Shown: positions 47,910-57,982, counted from the first letter of the stretch. The stretch is DNA of 64,000 nt from Candidatus Bathyarchaeia archaeon (GCA_038883655.1 JAVZLQ010000001.1:1-64000); one strand, 5' to 3'. Numbers and translations are program-made. The notes: generated by a model not told the origin, from the letters alone.

Positions 47910-48488
47910 GTGATTACGATGAGTATATCACCAGTTAAAAGACTGATTCTTGAAACTGTTTGGGTTTCAGAAAAACCAGTAAAAGTAACAGAAATAACAA
48001 AAGAGGTTGGACTTGATCCTCGTTCAGTGCGAATGCACATGATGCAACTGTCGCGAATGGGTTATCTAGAAGCCACGGATGATGGAAGTTACCTCTTAAC
48101 GGAGAAGGGACGTAAAGCCCTTGGCTTTCCAGAGATAGATTATGGGAAGGCTGCTGAAATTTTGGTTTATCTACCACTTGAAAAGTCTTTTCACTTTTAT
48201 GTTGACGTTGGAAAGCCATTAAACATTCATGCGGCAAGCCTAATCGACTTTTGCGACAAGCTCTTAAAGGTTAATTTGGAGTCAATTGAATTTCATATGA
48301 ACCGTGGAGATTTTGAGGCTTGGTTTGCGGGACTGGGTGACATTGAACTTGCGAGGAAAGTTTTCTTGCTCAAGGAGCAGAAACTCGTTGGCGAAGACTT
48401 GTGTAAGAGGCTTTGTGAAATTGTCAAGAACAGGTGCGAGGAGTTGGCTAAGATAAGGAAAAACGAAGCAAAGGCGAAACCTGCTTAG
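47910..48488 (+). CDS. wHTH + DUF5752 protein
   Basis: N-terminal HTH with YLLTEKG wing; FHFY...SIEFHMNRGDFEAW..LGDIELA. Confidence 0.75.
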   Translation: MITMSISPVKRLILETVWVSEKPVKVTEITKEVGLDPRSVRMHMMQLSRMGYLEATDDGSYLLTEKGRKALGFPEIDYGKAAEILVYLPLEKSFHFYVDVGKPLNIHAASLIDFCDKLLKVNLESIEFHMNRGDFEAWFAGLGDIELARKVFLLKEQKLVGEDLCKRLCEIVKNRCEELAKIRKNEAKAKPA

Positions 48489-48498
48489 ATGCCTATCT

Positions 48499-49620
48499 CT
48501 AGGTTGGTTTAAAGCGTTCCTTAAGCCTATCCAAGATCTGCCGTAGAGTGGTGTATTCCATCTCCTCTGGTCCCAAACGTGCTGGTTCAAACTCGCCCAT
48601 ACGCCTAAGCATAGCAGCATACGTCAAAGACTCGCGCCTTGCCAGAGCAAAGGCTGGGTCATCAAACAAGTCGGCAATCATCGGTCTGCCGTTATCATCG
48701 CATGCAATCTTGCCGTTTGAAACCTGAAATCCTAACGCTACTATCCTTGGAGGACCATCAAAAAGCGTGCATTTTGCATCTTTTAGGCTTACTGGCATTA
48801 TTGGTCCCCAATGGCTTCCACGCATCCACCCTTCAACAAGGTAACTGTGCAAAAAAGGCGCTAGGATTTCTCCGACGGCTGGAAGTCCATGCTGTGCGCG
48901 TACAATCATTACTGGATCATCTTTTCCAACATATTTTCCAGCAATCTGTGAAAGTTTGGTTACACTGCCAACAGCGCATATTAGGTTGTCTCTCGCCCTC
49001 CAAACACGTGAGATCATGTAGCGCTGGACGGTGCCAATCAAAGCCAACAACTCATACATCTCCTCTGGACATTTGAGAACAACTCTCTTGTTTTCCGCCG
49101 TGTCTATAACCTCAAACCTAAAGCCTCCAGCCATGTTTGGGTCAATAACAAGCCCAGCCGTGTTCATTGGATCCGCAAAAATCCTGAAAAGCGGATAGTT
49201 AAACGAGCCAGCAGAGGTTTTGTCTGCTGCAAAAACAACTATTGGGTCTGAACCTCTTTCCTCGATTTCCATTTCTGCGACACCTGGTCCCATGCCGCGA
49301 ATGTTTCCGCTGAAAGCATTTTTTAGTAGATCTTGTCCAGCGCCGTAAAGCTTAAGCTCTAACGCCTTTTTTGTTGCTTCTTTAAAGGTTTCAAAGGCAA
49401 GTTTGTGAACTTCGGGGTTTGATTCGCCCTTTTCGTGGACCATTAAAAGTTGGATGTCGTCTCCAACGTTGAAAACGTAGCAACTGTTAATTAATTCCTC
49501 TTCAGCTGCTCTTTTAAGGTTTTTTTCAGCTATGGCCAGAAGGGGTTTCGGTGCAACATGATGCCCAGCTAGTGAGCCGACGTCACATTTGATTAGCGAA
49601 ATTGTGGTTTTTCTCGGCAT
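48499..49620 (-). CDS. fbp: Bifunctional fructose-1,6-bisphosphate aldolase/phosphatase
   Basis: IKCDVGS..GH, GDD, LYGAGQDLL, GNIRGMGPG, YVGKDDP, GWMRGSH, FDGPPR. Confidence 0.96.
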   Translation of the reverse strand: MPRKTTISLIKCDVGSLAGHHVAPKPLLAIAEKNLKRAAEEELINSCYVFNVGDDIQLLMVHEKGESNPEVHKLAFETFKEATKKALELKLYGAGQDLLKNAFSGNIRGMGPGVAEMEIEERGSDPIVVFAADKTSAGSFNYPLFRIFADPMNTAGLVIDPNMAGGFRFEVIDTAENKRVVLKCPEEMYELLALIGTVQRYMISRVWRARDNLICAVGSVTKLSQIAGKYVGKDDPVMIVRAQHGLPAVGEILAPFLHSYLVEGWMRGSHWGPIMPVSLKDAKCTLFDGPPRIVALGFQVSNGKIACDDNGRPMIADLFDDPAFALARRESLTYAAMLRRMGEFEPARLGPEEMEYTTLRQILDRLKERFKPT

Positions 49621-49743
49621 TCTTTAATCACTTCAACCTCGGTTTAGAGTTAAGCCGTGGCTTTTAAAAAATTTCCGAAAGAAACCCTAAAGAGGAAACC
49701 ATGAAATACTTAAGATTATAAACGCTAACATAGGCGGGCATGC

Positions 49744-50244
49744 ATGGAAAAATTGAGGGTAATTTCCGTGAAAATTCCAGAAGAAGTTTACAAGGAACTG
49801 CTCATCCGCGTTCCAGAAGGTGAAAGAAGCGACTTTATCCGAGATGCGATAATGGAAAAGCTGCAAAAAACACCAAAACCAGACAAAATCTTAGAACTTG
49901 AAGAAAGAATTAGCCACATGGAAAAAGAATTCTCAGAAGTAAGAAAATACCTTGCTGATTTGGAGCTTTTAACTTATGAAAAGGGGAAAACAAACCCACA
50001 CAACTTCTGCATGGACGAAACAGACCACAAAATCGTAGATTACTTAATGCACTATAAAGGTGCAACAACGCCTGAACTGGCAGACTATCTAAAAACAAAC
50101 AGGTGGCTCATCCTAAACAGGTTAAAAAGAATAGAAAAACTATCGAAGAAGTATATCGGAAAACCCGTAATCGAATATTATCCGGGAGAAAGAATGGGCA
50201 AGAAAAAGGCATGGTGGATAAACGAAGAACTCATTGAGGCATAA
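49744..50244 (+). CDS. RHH + coiled coil + HTH transcriptional regulator
   Basis: ISVKIPEE..RSDFIRDAI ribbon-helix-helix; C-terminal ATTPELADYL HTH. Confidence 0.75.
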   Translation: MEKLRVISVKIPEEVYKELLIRVPEGERSDFIRDAIMEKLQKTPKPDKILELEERISHMEKEFSEVRKYLADLELLTYEKGKTNPHNFCMDETDHKIVDYLMHYKGATTPELADYLKTNRWLILNRLKRIEKLSKKYIGKPVIEYYPGERMGKKKAWWINEELIEA

Positions 50245-50288
50245 CAACATTAATCAAACAAACACACATCTTCTATTTTGAGAAAGCA

Positions 50289-50391
50289 GGGCCCGTAGCC
50301 CAGTATGGATTAAGGCGCCGAACCAAAAGCCAAAAGGTGCGCAAGCCTCCGGAGCCGGAGAACAGGGGTTCAAATCCCCTCGGGCCCGCCA
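50289..50391 (+). tRNA. tRNA-Arg(CCG) with a 24-nt intron at position 29/30 (50321-50344)
   Basis: Removing AACCAAAAGCCAAAAGGTGCGCAA restores CCGGC-CTCCGGA-GCCGG. BHB-like GCGC/GCGC helix with CG^A and AA^G bulges; CCA encoded. Confidence 0.92.
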
Positions 50392-50435
50392 TTAACAAAT
50401 CTATGTTGTAATCATTTATAGATGGAAATGGTGTT

Positions 50436-51083
50436 TCAGTTTTCAACTTTGCCAAGGTAATAGATGATATCGTGATAGTGGGGCGTATCATGAAAATCAA
50501 GTTCTAAACCTTTTAAATGAATGATTGTTTGCATGTCTGAAAACAATTTCTTGACTTCTTTATAAGTGAAGTAGTGAATGTAGGCGCCTATACGCGAAGA
50601 GTAAAAGGTATTCTCCTCGACGGGTACCAGTTGTTTCCTTGCTCTCTTGTAAGCTGAATCGTTGGTTGATATGACAGAGACAAAAACAAAGCCACCATTT
50701 TTGAGCCCGCCTTTAATTCTCTCTGCAACGTCTTCAATTTCACTCTTTTTTAAAAAGTTAAGGGATGCGCCGGCAGCTATTATTAGCGAGTATTTTTGCT
50801 TGGCTATTTTGAAGTCTCTTAAATCGCTGACATGTGCATTTATATCCAATTTTCTCTCCTTAGCAAGGCGAATGGCCCTGGCGATGGCGGTTTTAGACAC
50901 GTCGACGCCTTCCACTTCGAATCCTTTTTCAGCAAGAAAAAGGGCGTTCCTGCCTTCACCCATCCCTAAATCCAAAACCGGACCTTTTGGAAAAAGTTCA
51001 AGGAAGTGCACCAAGATAAAGTCAGGTTTGAGTCCCCATTTACAACATGTTCCCACATATAACTCTTCAAAGTATTCTGCCAA
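50436..51083 (-). CDS. Class I SAM methyltransferase (TehB-like)
   Basis: VLDLGMGEGRNALFLA, GVDVS, LKNGG. Confidence 0.88.
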   Translation of the reverse strand: MAEYFEELYVGTCCKWGLKPDFILVHFLELFPKGPVLDLGMGEGRNALFLAEKGFEVEGVDVSKTAIARAIRLAKERKLDINAHVSDLRDFKIAKQKYSLIIAAGASLNFLKKSEIEDVAERIKGGLKNGGFVFVSVISTNDSAYKRARKQLVPVEENTFYSSRIGAYIHYFTYKEVKKLFSDMQTIIHLKGLELDFHDTPHYHDIIYYLGKVEN

Positions 51084-51201
51084 AGTTTTACACCATACAA
51101 AACTATCTCATGCCTCTATTAAAAATGATTACGTACTATGGGGTGTTTAAACAAAACTATATGGGAAATAAAGTTGAAGTTGAGTGACAGCATCAACGAT
51201 G

Positions 51202-51744
51202 TTAAACGCTTGCCAGCTTATGTAAAATTTCCTTTTCAGCTTTTTCTTCGCATATCTTGAATGTTTCTGGTTCCTCAATTTTCAAAATAGCCTTCAAGGC
51301 GTCAGCGTCCAATTCGCGCAGGAGCCGGCGTATTTCTCTTTTTGCTGATTCCAGATGCTTTTCGAGGACTTCCTTATTTTTGTACATGGCGCCAGCAAGT
51401 GGGCAGATTTTCTCCATCTTCAAATACCATTCCACCATCCCAGTTTTTGCGTTTATGTCAAATGTTATTGGTCCTGCAACGCATGTTTCTGGCTTTATTG
51501 GATGGATTTTGCATCGCCTTGTTTTTTTGTCATAGAAGATGCAGTAACCTTCAGCGTCTTCCTTCGGGAAAGTGTAGACTTTTTGTTCAAACAGGTTTTC
51601 AGCGGAAAGCCCTTGCCTTTTTAAGAATTCCTCTATTCTTTCTCTTCGCTCATTTGTTATTGGTGGTCTCGCGTTTTGACAGCAGCTGATTTTGCATTTG
51701 CCGCAAACGTTGAAGAAATCATTTTGTCTCGGCTTTTCAGCCAC
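51202..51744 (-). CDS. YkgJ-family Cys-cluster (CxxCxxCC) protein
   Basis: CGKCKISCC, CIFYD, CKIHPIKPETC, CP. Confidence 0.85.
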   Translation of the reverse strand: MAEKPRQNDFFNVCGKCKISCCQNARPPITNERRERIEEFLKRQGLSAENLFEQKVYTFPKEDAEGYCIFYDKKTRRCKIHPIKPETCVAGPITFDINAKTGMVEWYLKMEKICPLAGAMYKNKEVLEKHLESAKREIRRLLRELDADALKAILKIEEPETFKICEEKAEKEILHKLASV

Positions 51745-51764
51745 TTCTATGCGCTCCTTTTCCG

Positions 51765-52955
51765 TTAGAAGTATGGTTCATTGTTTATGAGGCTTTTTAT
51801 GAGTTTCGAGTAAACGCCTACTATAGCTTCTTTTAAGTTGGTTTTCTGTGCCCTTCGCAGAATATGGTCCCTAATGATTTCGGATAGGTTTCCTTGTTCG
51901 GTTCTTTTCTCCAATATTGGAAGATACCCGCGTTCTTCTTCCGAAGCGTTTTCCCAAGCAATTTTTAGAAGACGTTTGCAAACTTGGCGGGCTGTCTGTC
52001 CAAAGGGATGTGTGACCTTCGCGTTTAAGCCGTCTCGCACTATGGAGTTAAAATCTTTCACTAGGGTTTCTCGCGGCACGAGGGTGCCATTCTCTCTAAT
52101 TATTCCTTTGAGGGCAGCTCTTATGAAGCAGCTCAGGGCGACGTCGGATTTGATGCATTCCTGCTCGTCCATGACGCGAATTTCGATGGCTTTTCTGTCA
52201 AATCGGAAAATCGCTCCTCTGGAGTTGACCCAGTCCTTGTAGGGTAAGCAATCGACCACACCAGCCCTAATCAGATCGTTTGAATAGCGTCCTATAATCT
52301 CCGTTTTATACTGTTTAAATGATGTAACGTATTCTGGGATGACGTCGCCTGTGACTGTTGGCACTTCTTTCTGGTTGAGCATGTAAAAGTGTAAGCGGTT
52401 GTCAATGAATTCTCCAAGCTTTCCTTCATATATTGGGGATGAGGCGGAAACCGCTGGGAGGTAAGCGCATATTTCCGCCAGTGCATTATGCGCTTGTATA
52501 GCGTCTTTTTCCTTTGTGTATGGAAGATTAAGCTGGAAACTTTGGATGTTAAGCCAGCCGTGCTGTTTTAGGTTGAAGACTTTGCCGTAAAAATGATAAA
52601 TTTTTCTGTGACGGTGTGGCCAAACTCCAGTTTCATCAAGCCTAAGCGTTGGATGCATCCCTGTTCCTAGAAGGTTTGCCTTGTATTTGTTTTCAAGAAA
52701 TTCTGTTAATGTTAGAACGGCATTCTGCATCGTTTCTTCAAATTCTATCGGCGATTCGAAGGGCTGGTTTGGCTTAAGCTCCAAAACATGCATTTGCATT
52801 TCCTTCCCAAAAGTGAAGCTGGACTGTTCAACGAAGTTTACGATACGCCCTTTGAAATCCTTTATAATCTTGTCGACGATTGGCATGGCTTTCAATGTTT
52901 CGTTAACAATGGAGTATTCGTGTTCCGGACCTAAAACCTCTAGGGTTTTGTACGT
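51765..52955 (-). CDS. Glutamate--cysteine ligase family 2 (GCS2) amidoligase
   Basis: GPEHEY (upstream of the first canonical start), HVLELK, GMHP, SFQLN, SASSP, NSRG, IEIRVMD; probable ACG start at 52955. Confidence 0.85.
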   Translation of the reverse strand, partial: TYKTLEVLGPEHEYSIVNETLKAMPIVDKIIKDFKGRIVNFVEQSSFTFGKEMQMHVLELKPNQPFESPIEFEETMQNAVLTLTEFLENKYKANLLGTGMHPTLRLDETGVWPHRHRKIYHFYGKVFNLKQHGWLNIQSFQLNLPYTKEKDAIQAHNALAEICAYLPAVSASSPIYEGKLGEFIDNRLHFYMLNQKEVPTVTGDVIPEYVTSFKQYKTEIIGRYSNDLIRAGVVDCLPYKDWVNSRGAIFRFDRKAIEIRVMDEQECIKSDVALSCFIRAALKGIIRENGTLVPRETLVKDFNSIVRDGLNAKVTHPFGQTARQVCKRLLKIAWENASEEERGYLPILEKRTEQGNLSEIIRDHILRRAQKTNLKEAIVGVYSKLIKSLINNEPYF

Positions 52956-53085
52956 GGTTGCCCCTCTTCCTGCCCTAATATTCTTGTTTTAATGTGCGTA
53001 TATAAAAGCGCAACTGCTAAATGCGTAGTTAATTTTAAATATTACTGATGCAATACCGAGGTTTTAATCATCTGGTGTTACATGG

Positions 53086-53778
53086 GTGTTGGTCGTCTCA
53101 AACATCGACCTAGCTTTAGAAACGCCGATAATGAAACCATCAGCCTTTCTCGAATCTTCGATTAAAGATTTTACTCTCAACATTAACAATGACTATCGCT
53201 ATTTGAAGACCGGATACTACGTTTCTTTGCACGCTGAGGTTCTAGGAAATCCAGTGATACCATCAACAGAAAACATAGTTGACGCTTACAGGACGCCTAT
53301 ACTACTGTTGCGTGCTTCAAAGGCTGGAATTCCGACGATGCCATTTGTGGTCACGGACTCGGTTAAGCAGATAATGTCAAACTTTAACTTTCCAATGGTC
53401 GTTTTTGCAGTGAACCCGTTCTCTTTTGAAGGTTTTAGGACTGCGAAGAACAGGAATGCCCTCTATAAAGCTGTTAGAAGTTTGGGCATGAACTACAAAT
53501 TTGCTGTTTGCGCGCAACCCCTTATTGGCGAAATAGCCTCTTTCAAGTCCATTTTTGGAAAGTGTGAGGTGAAAGAACCAGCGCAGAAAATCGCAGAAGA
53601 AGTGTACCACCTCTTTCGGATTCCACTTTGTAAGCTTCACGTTCAACTTGTCGGAGAAAAAGCCTTCTTGTGCGGTCTTCAGCAAATACGCAAGGATGAA
53701 CTTACGCAGTTGGACTTGCAACTTCTGCGTAGCGAAGTCTCTTGCCTTCTTGAAGTTGGTGAACACCTAGTTGGGTAA
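53086..53778 (+). CDS. RimK-like ATP-grasp N-terminal (RLAN) domain protein
   Basis: YRYLKTGYYVSLHAE...VIPS signature. Confidence 0.8.
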   Translation: MLVVSNIDLALETPIMKPSAFLESSIKDFTLNINNDYRYLKTGYYVSLHAEVLGNPVIPSTENIVDAYRTPILLLRASKAGIPTMPFVVTDSVKQIMSNFNFPMVVFAVNPFSFEGFRTAKNRNALYKAVRSLGMNYKFAVCAQPLIGEIASFKSIFGKCEVKEPAQKIAEEVYHLFRIPLCKLHVQLVGEKAFLCGLQQIRKDELTQLDLQLLRSEVSCLLEVGEHLVG

Positions 53779-54649
53779 TATAGCCTGCTTTGTTGAAAAA
53801 TACAACTTCACCGACCCAAGAGAAGTTGGCGCTCTCCAAAACTTTAAAATAACAGCCGAGAGCATGGGTCATAGGTTTAACTTTGTTTTTAGGGAAAATC
53901 TTGTGGAGCTTCCAAAGTATGATGCCGTTTTTATTAGGGCGACAACAGACCCGCTTTACACGGCTTATGTTGTTTCAAAAACAGCTTGGGAACTCGGCCT
54001 AAGAGTTGTCGATGACCCTAAATCGATACAGGTGTGCGGAAACAAAGTTCACTTGTATGAACTCTTCAAGAAACATGATGTTCCGCATATTCCAACGATT
54101 TTCTTGAACAAAGATGAATTTCACCATAAAAAGATTCTAGAAATCTTCAACACCTTCGGAAGACCAGTCGTTTTAAAAGCGCCATACACAAGCTTCTCGC
54201 GATACGTGGAAAAAGTCGCTTGCGAAACAAGTTTTAGAGAAGTAGCCAAACGCTTCTTTAGGCGCTCAGACATTTTGGTTGTTCAGAGGTTCATGCCAAC
54301 AGCCTTTGACTGGCGTGTGGGCGTCCTAAACAATGAGGTCTTATATGTTTGCAAGTACATGGTTCCGAAGGGCAGGTGGAAGCACGGCGTAAAGCGGAGG
54401 GGCAAGCCAACCTTTGTTTGGGGAAGAACTGTTTCCCTTAAGAGGGAAAACGCGCCAGAAAAACTTAAGGAAACAGCTTTAAAGGCATGCGCCCCAATCG
54501 GCAATGGCCTTTACGGAGTTGACATCAAAGAGTTTAACGGCAACTTCGTTGTGGTTGAAGTAAACGATAATCCAAGCATCTACGCTGGTTACGAAGACCT
54601 ACGAAACAAGGACATTTACAGCAAAATAATCGCCTTCCTAACCAACTAG
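53771..54649 (+). CDS. RimK-type ATP-grasp ligase
   Basis: AVFIRATT, DDPKSI..CGNK, LKAP.TSFS, FDWRVGVL, LYGVD, EVNDNP. Confidence 0.9.
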   Translation: MGNIACFVEKYNFTDPREVGALQNFKITAESMGHRFNFVFRENLVELPKYDAVFIRATTDPLYTAYVVSKTAWELGLRVVDDPKSIQVCGNKVHLYELFKKHDVPHIPTIFLNKDEFHHKKILEIFNTFGRPVVLKAPYTSFSRYVEKVACETSFREVAKRFFRRSDILVVQRFMPTAFDWRVGVLNNEVLYVCKYMVPKGRWKHGVKRRGKPTFVWGRTVSLKRENAPEKLKETALKACAPIGNGLYGVDIKEFNGNFVVVEVNDNPSIYAGYEDLRNKDIYSKIIAFLTN

Positions 54650-54720
54650 AGCCGCGGAAAAGCCAATTTATTTATCCTTTGACAACAAATTCTACGCATC
54701 GACCATTGGAGGATTAAAAC

Positions 54721-55659
54721 ATGCTTAAAGAAACTGTTGAAGATTACCGCCTTTCCGAGAAAATGTCTGTTGACGAGCTTGTTTCGCAGATGGAGCGTGC
54801 ATGGGGCTTTACTGCAGGTAAGTTGGCAGTGGCTGTGCGAATCCTCGAGAAAATGGTACGGGAGAAAAACTGCGTAAAATTTCTCTCCTTTACTGGAAAC
54901 ATCGTGGCAACTGGAACGCGCGGGGTCTTGAAGGAGCTTGTGCAGAGAAAACTTGTTGATGTCGTGATAACGACTTGTGGAACCCTTGACCATGACATTG
55001 CAAGGTGCTGGAAAAACTATTATAGAGGCTCATTTTTGATGGATGACGCTAAACTTCGCGAGGGTGGGGTAAACCGTTTAGGCAACGTTCTGGTTCCGAA
55101 TGAGAGTTACGGCGCCATAATCGAAGAGAAAATGCAGATGCTTCTTGAGGCTTTGTGGCGGGAAGACATAAAAGAAGTTTCGACGAGGCAGTTGTGCAGC
55201 GAAATTGGGAAGCGTGTATGCAATGAAACGTCAATTCTCTACTGGGCAGCCAAAAACAACATACCAGTCTATGTGCCTGGAATAACCGATGGGGCTGTGG
55301 GCTACCAACTGTGGCTTTTCTCGCAGGAACACCGCGACTTCAGAATTAACCTATTAAAGGATTCTGGAGAGTTAAGCGACATTGTTTTCACGGCGAATAA
55401 AACTGGCGCCCTAATAGTTGGCGGGGGCATATCGAAGCACCACACGCTGTGGTGGAACCAGTTCAGAGAAGGACTGAACTATGCTGTTTATGTTAGCACG
55501 GCAGTGGAATGGGATGGAAGCCTTTCTGGCGCAAAGCCAAGAGAGGCAGTTTCGTGGGGCAAAATAAACAGGTGGGCTAGTCGCATAATGGTTGAGGGCG
55601 ATGCCTCTATAATATTGCCAATAATGGTAAGTGCACTACTAACAAGATTGAAGGGTTAA
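54721..55659 (+). CDS. dys: Deoxyhypusine synthase
   Basis: SFTGN, NRLGN, PGITDG, GGGISKHH, DGSLSGA..EAVSWGK. Confidence 0.93.
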   Translation: MLKETVEDYRLSEKMSVDELVSQMERAWGFTAGKLAVAVRILEKMVREKNCVKFLSFTGNIVATGTRGVLKELVQRKLVDVVITTCGTLDHDIARCWKNYYRGSFLMDDAKLREGGVNRLGNVLVPNESYGAIIEEKMQMLLEALWREDIKEVSTRQLCSEIGKRVCNETSILYWAAKNNIPVYVPGITDGAVGYQLWLFSQEHRDFRINLLKDSGELSDIVFTANKTGALIVGGGISKHHTLWWNQFREGLNYAVYVSTAVEWDGSLSGAKPREAVSWGKINRWASRIMVEGDASIILPIMVSALLTRLKG

Positions 55660-56717
55660 GTGATTTCGCTAAAAAGCCATGAAAGGTCTGGTGCCTTCCG
55701 TTTTACTTTCACCCTTTCGTTCAGTGCATGCGTTATCAGTGGCAACGCAATTGTTGCGTCGCAGTAAACTGTTACGCGTTTTCCTTCACTGTGAATCTTG
55801 CCCCAGCTTATGGCTTCTTCCAGCGTACAGCCTGACAAGCCTCCCCACTGCGGCGAATCAGTAGTTATCTGTATGGCGTACTTGTGTGGATAGTAATACT
55901 CTTTTATGGACTTTCGCATGTAGCCTTCTCTTCCAGGCACACCCTTGTCCATGGTTTTTGGAGAAACCGAAATTGCGATTAGCTGCGTGTAGTCTTTTGG
56001 GACTCCACCGCCGACGTAAACTACGCCTATGTCCTTTGCTTTTTCACCTATCCCGACAAATTGGTCGAACTCCTTAACCTGGTCTATGAGGATGGCATGT
56101 CCCATGTTTTTAGCCATCAAAAATGCTTCACCGTAGGCGCTGTCCGAAATTGCTGGACAAAATATTGGGACGTTGTTTTCCGCTGCTACGGCAGCTATGC
56201 TTCTTATTCCCTTTTTGCTGAGCCACTTGCCGAACAGGTGCAGAAGTTCCATGGAAGAATATGTAAAGTCCGTTTTCAACGTTAGTAAGAACTCCGTCAT
56301 CAACTCTTCCATTTTTCTATAGTCTACCTCTCGCCCATAGACATCATAATACCTGTTTATGTCCGCCTTAAGCAGTTCCGCATCGTTTACGAATGGTGAG
56401 CCTTGCCAATAGCCGAAACCCATTGCGTCGACGATGTCTTCTGAAACGTTTGCGCCTGTTGAAACGAGAACATCGATGAAGCGGTTTTCTATAAGCCAAC
56501 TCACAATCTTCCATTGTCCCGCCGTACTCATCGAACCTGCAAAACCCATAATTATTGTTAAATCCTTCTCCTTCAGCATGGCTTCCCAAACTTCAACCGC
56601 CTCGCCAAGTTTTCTACCTTGATAGGCTGTTTTTGCCATTTCAGCCAGGAGTTGGGATATGCTCTTTTCCTTAACCTCTATGGCTTCAACTTTTCTTTTA
56701 AAGTACGCGTTTGCCAT
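55656..56717 (-). CDS. Deoxyhypusine synthase-like paralog (possible homospermidine synthase type)
   Basis: STGAN, PAISDS, GGGVPKD, WGGLSGCTLEEAISWGK, DATIALP. Confidence 0.88.
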   Translation of the reverse strand: MANAYFKRKVEAIEVKEKSISQLLAEMAKTAYQGRKLGEAVEVWEAMLKEKDLTIIMGFAGSMSTAGQWKIVSWLIENRFIDVLVSTGANVSEDIVDAMGFGYWQGSPFVNDAELLKADINRYYDVYGREVDYRKMEELMTEFLLTLKTDFTYSSMELLHLFGKWLSKKGIRSIAAVAAENNVPIFCPAISDSAYGEAFLMAKNMGHAILIDQVKEFDQFVGIGEKAKDIGVVYVGGGVPKDYTQLIAISVSPKTMDKGVPGREGYMRKSIKEYYYPHKYAIQITTDSPQWGGLSGCTLEEAISWGKIHSEGKRVTVYCDATIALPLITHALNERVKVKRKAPDLSWLFSEIT

Positions 56718-56915
56718 TTTGATCGCCTTCTTTTTAGGGTTAATGAGCCAGTATAATAAATTTCTGGAATAAAAGTGCGTTTTGGTAATACTGAAAACTA
56801 GGGAGGGGGTCTGAATTTAGCGGTTGAAAACCTCCAAAATTTGACATACCTCAAATAGCCATTGAGGCGAAAAGAATTAACTTGTATGTCTAAAACTAGA
56901 GTGTGATGGGTTGCC

Positions 56916-57965
56916 ATGCTAAAGTTTGAGAAGGCTGTTAAGCATGCGAGAATTTTGAATCCTTTGAAAAATTTTGAAGAAGACACGTTAACATTTGAGT
57001 ATAGGGCTGACCCGCTTACTGGGCGAAACACCACCGTCATCAAGGGAATGCTAAACTACATTAGCAGATTTCTAATATCAGACAAAGAACAGCTCAAGGC
57101 TCTTGCAGAAAAGACTAGGGCAAACTGCCCCTTCTGCCCAGAAAACGTGAAGTCAAAGACGCCGATGTTTCCTCCAGATTTTCTGAAAAAAGGAAGAATC
57201 TTCGTTGGCAATTCAGTTGCCATTCCAAATCTTCTTGGGCATGCGGAAAGAAGCATCCTCGTTGTCTTGTCGAAGGAGCATTACCTGCAGCTTAGCGAGT
57301 TCACGCCAAAAATGCTTTTTGATGGCTTTAAAGGTGCATGTGCGTACTTAAGAAGGCTTAAGGAAAAGGAGCCATCAATAATCTTTCCAACATTAATCTT
57401 CAACTATTTGCCACCAGCCGGCTCATCGATTTTTCATCCACACATGCAAGTCTTGGCAAGGGACAGACCATTCTATCTTGTGCAGCTTATGCTAGAAAAA
57501 AGTATGGAGTACCGCCAAAAGCATAATTCAAGTTTTTGGGCAGACCTTGTTTCGACAGAAGAGAAAAGCGAAAGGCATATTTTCAGAGCACGTAGCGTGG
57601 AGTGGCTTGTCCCCTTCGCTCCTCTTAGAGGATTAAATGAAGTTCAAGCAATTGTTAGGGGCAAATCCCACATCCTAGAACTTGAAGAAGAGGACTGGCG
57701 TGGAATCGCCGAAGGAATGGCAAAAGTGTTAAGCTTTTACCATAAAGAGGGATACGTCAGCTTCAACGCTATACTGCTCTCTGGACCAGTGAATGCGCAT
57801 TTGGATTATTTCGACGTTAACATGAGGATTATCAGCAGAACTGGCATACAGCAAACGTGTTTCACGGATGCTTGGGCGCTTCCGTACTTGTTGTGGGACG
57901 GCGAAGCTGTGGAGGAACCCGAAATTTTTGCAGAAAGGCTAAAAGCCTACTTTGAGGGAATGTAA
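56916..57965 (+). CDS. Galactose-1-phosphate uridylyltransferase-like (HIT/GalT) protein
   Basis: RADPLTG, CPFCP, NYLPPAGSSIFHPHMQ. Confidence 0.85.
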   Translation: MLKFEKAVKHARILNPLKNFEEDTLTFEYRADPLTGRNTTVIKGMLNYISRFLISDKEQLKALAEKTRANCPFCPENVKSKTPMFPPDFLKKGRIFVGNSVAIPNLLGHAERSILVVLSKEHYLQLSEFTPKMLFDGFKGACAYLRRLKEKEPSIIFPTLIFNYLPPAGSSIFHPHMQVLARDRPFYLVQLMLEKSMEYRQKHNSSFWADLVSTEEKSERHIFRARSVEWLVPFAPLRGLNEVQAIVRGKSHILELEEEDWRGIAEGMAKVLSFYHKEGYVSFNAILLSGPVNAHLDYFDVNMRIISRTGIQQTCFTDAWALPYLLWDGEAVEEPEIFAERLKAYFEGM

Positions 57966-57982
57966 GCGAGGCGAGTATAAAA

